Positions 61,595 through 64,000 of a stretch of DNA of 64,000 nucleotides are shown one piece after another (the stretch's first letter is position 1; each line of letters begins with the position of its first letter). Position numbers and translations under genes: made by a program. The notes below the pieces were generated by a model. That model had not been told where the DNA came from, made no database searches, and worked only from the letters and a program-made list of their open reading frames with translations. The stretch is from contig NW_024704743.1 of the NCBI RefSeq assembly GCF_018977255.1, positions 4,466,001-4,530,000 on the forward strand. Direction: 5' to 3'. This DNA comes from Callorhinchus milii (lineage: Eukaryota).

Positions 61595-62024
61595 ATAACA
61601 AGCCTTGCATTTGCTATAGCGCCTTGCAGATCAGGGCAATGATTCAAAGCCCTTCACAGGATATGTTGCAATGTTTAGTGACTGTATTTGTAAGCGAACA
61701 AGGCAGCTCATTTGCGCACAGCAGTGTGTTACGAAAGGAATGACCAATTTTATTTGGGGGATTGCTGGCCAGGACGCCGGGAGAAAGTCCCTTCTCTTTT
61801 CAAGGAGTGCCATGGGATCTATAACTTCGACCTGAACAGGCAGACGGGGCCTCATTAAATGTCTCATCTGAAGGACAGCACCCACGACAATGCAATACAC
61901 CCCGAGCACTGCACTGGAGTGTCAGCCTAGACTAGGCAAGTTCAAAAATCCTGACATGGAGCTTGAACCGACAACCTTCTGACTCCGAGGCGAGAGCGCT
62001 ACTGACTGAGCTAGGCTGACACAC
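61595..62024 (-). mobile_element. Deu-like SINE, best full-length copy
   Basis: rc head GTGTCAGCCTAGCTCAGTCAGTAGCGCTCTCGCCTCGGAGTCAGAAGGTTGTCGGTTCAAG, complete core, shared 3' half and tail. Confidence 0.82.
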
Positions 62025-62180
62025 CAATATGTAGATGTTCGGCCAAACGTTTGCCAACAAATACACAAGTCACTGCTCTTCACTGTAAAGCCCGTGAAGC
62101 GCTTTGGGACATACTCCTTCGTGAAGGGAGCTATATATACCAAATGCAAATGTATCTAAATCAATTGACTGGGAGTACTG

Positions 62181-62380
62181 TATAAGAACATAAGAAAGGC
62201 TAGACGAAAAAAGATCAAGGTCCATCTAGTTTGCCTTCCACCTTCCTGGCGGTCTCATACACTTATGTCCCGAACTCCCCATGTACTATATCTCGTAATG
62301 TTAATTTCTAAAAGAAAACTATCTGATCCGTGTATGAAAGAATCAACACCTTCTGCTTCAACCGTGTGTCTCCCTGTACA
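62181..62380 (-). mobile_element. CR1-type 3' end (second family)
   Basis: ATAAGAACATAAGAA is the rc of the (TTCTTATG)n octamer terminus typical of CR1. Confidence 0.55.
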
Positions 62381-62910
62381 TAGGCCTGGAAATTTCTCTT
62401 TGTCTGGAATCTTCAGTGGGGAAAGATTAAGAAAGGACGTAATCTACGGTCTTTTAACTTGATGTGGCATGCAGCGCAGGTGAAATTGATCCATTTAATT
62501 TTAGACTGTAAACACACAACTTGACCCAATAACCCTGGATCATGATTAGACATTGGATTTATTTTTTCGTCCTGTGTGGAGCAACCGATGTTGAAGTGAG
62601 AGGTGAGATGACAATTTTACTCAACTTGACATGGAGCTGGATAACCAACTAATTAGGAACATGATTGAAGATTACAGGGAGTGTGCAGTGCGTGTTGATT
62701 GAACGCTGTGTGTGATGTGATGGCTTCTTTGCTTCAGGCATCATAGACACGTCACCTGTGGAAACCAACCACCTGTAACTGAAGAGCAGAGCTTAGAGAT
62801 ACGATTTTTGCTCGATTACCTTTGGTGATTTGGAAGCGTTTTTTTTTAAAAGAACTTTCTCTCAGGAGAGGAGATAATAATAATCCTTGCATTTGATACA
62901 GCGCCTTTTC

Positions 62911-64000
62911 ACAACAACAACAGCAACAAATTCCATTTATAGAGCGCCTTTTACGTCGGGAGGACGTCCCAATGTGCTGTACAGTTGGGTCAGGACCCGA
63001 GCAGGGGGGAAATGGTCAGGGTGAGGGGAGGGAAGCGAGGAAGCGAGGAGGGGGTAGAGAGTCGAGAGGGGAGCTGAAGGCACGGTCAAAGAGAAAGGTC
63101 TTGAGACCGGCCTTGAAGGAGGAAAGGGTGGAGGTGGCGAAGGCACTGAGGGATAGAGTTCCAGAGCCTCGGGGCTGAGAGGCTGAAGGCCTGGCCACCG
63201 ATGGTAGGGCGGTTGGGGCGGGGGATGTGGAGCAGACCGGAGACAGAGGAACGGAGGGTACGGGCAGGTAGGTAGGGGGATAGTAGGTCAGAGAAGTAGG
63301 AGGGAGCGAGGCCGTGAATGGCCTTGTAGGTGAGGATGAGGATCTTGAATTTGATCCTCTGGGGGATGGGGAGCCAGTGGAGGTGAGCGAGGGTGGGAGT
63401 GATGTGGTCCCGAAGCCTGGTGCGGGACAGTACACGAGCTGCAGAGTTCTGAATGACCTGCAGTGTGGAGGGAGGGCCGGGAAGGCCGGCGAGGAGAGAG
63501 TTCCCATAGTCCAGCCTTGAGGTGACAAAGGCGTGGACCAGGGTTTCAGCAGCGTGAGGGGTGAGGTAGTGCCGTAGTCTGGCGATATTCCGGAGGTGAT
63601 GGAAGGCGGTGCCAGTTGTGGCGTGGATATGGGGGAGAAAGGACAGCTCAGGGTCGAACAGAACCCCGAGGTTCCTGACTGGCTTTGAGAGGTGGAGAGT
63701 GCAGCCTTGGATGCTGATGGTGTCAGCGCCTGAGGTGCGGAGGCGCTGACGTGAGCCAATCAGGAGGGCCTCCGTTTTACGCACGTTGAGCTGAAGAAAG
63801 TTGTCTCTCGTCCAGGACTCGATGTCGGACAGGCAGCTGTCAGGACATCGGGGGTCATGGAGTTGAGGGTAGAGGAGGAAAGGTAGAGTTGGTTGTCATC
63901 CATATACATGTGGAAGTTAACCCCATGTCTGCGGATGATGTCACCACAGGGGGAGCATATAGAGGGTGAAGAAGAGGGGACCGAGGACAGAGCCCTGAGG
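62911..64000 (-). mobile_element. L2 LINE, RT core to 3' end, frameshifted (continues past window)
   Basis: PQGSVLGPLFFTLYM, HMYMDDNQLYLS, WTRDNFLQLN, VRNLGVLFD, SRLDYGNSLL, LHWLPI..RIKFKIL motifs; at least two frameshifts; tail stem-loop and (TTG)n. Confidence 0.95.

Larger units (their letters stand above)
8086..64000 (+). other. DIP2C: Intron 1 of DIP2C (runs past window end)
   Basis: GT donor at 8086. No exon encoding GDITQKGYEKKR was seen downstream. The region is repeat-rich and non-coding, and DIP2C intron 1 is very long in other vertebrates. Confidence 0.75.

Noticed and set aside
62911..64000. Active reverse transcriptase gene
   Set aside because: Frameshifts near 63945 and 63840 and a shifted C-terminus; a dead L2 copy as far as visible.
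8086..64000. DIP2C exon 2 or other host exons
   Set aside because: No GDITQKGYEKKR-like sequence seen by eye or in the ORF track. Short exons could be missed; a spliced alignment (TBLASTN/exonerate with DIP2C) would settle it.

Overview
This is vertebrate genomic DNA, not prokaryotic. The only host gene I can support is the first coding exon of DIP2C (disco-interacting protein 2 homolog C) at 8001-8085 (+). It encodes MADRSLDSVALPLDVRARLAELDLELSE-G and is followed by a phase-1 GT donor. I did not find exon 2 (expected to start GDITQKGYEKKR), so everything from 8086 to 64000 is probably intron 1. The exon sits in an unusual simple-repeat setting: a ~2.5 kb compound CT/CA minisatellite, then a ~750 bp polypurine tract upstream, and a ~1.2 kb polypyrimidine tract downstream. 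The putative 5' UTR holds a short uORF in a strong Kozak context. The rest of the window is dense with retroposons: L2-clade LINE 3' fragments (one reaching the RT core), CR1-type fragments, an older Deu-domain-like tRNA SINE, and a younger SINE with a tRNA-Ala-like head present as several subfamilies. Both SINE families share their 3' half and an L2-type terminal stem-loop. There are also three small hAT-like MITEs with 8-bp target duplications and a few unclassified dispersed repeats and hairpins. The repeat content suggests a cartilaginous fish (inference). Nearly all ORFs in the supplied track are artefacts of repeats. I found no convincing novel protein-coding system. The most interesting signals are the modular SINE/L2 tail system, the repeat architecture around the DIP2C promoter and the uORF. 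Repeat coordinates were read by eye and are approximate.
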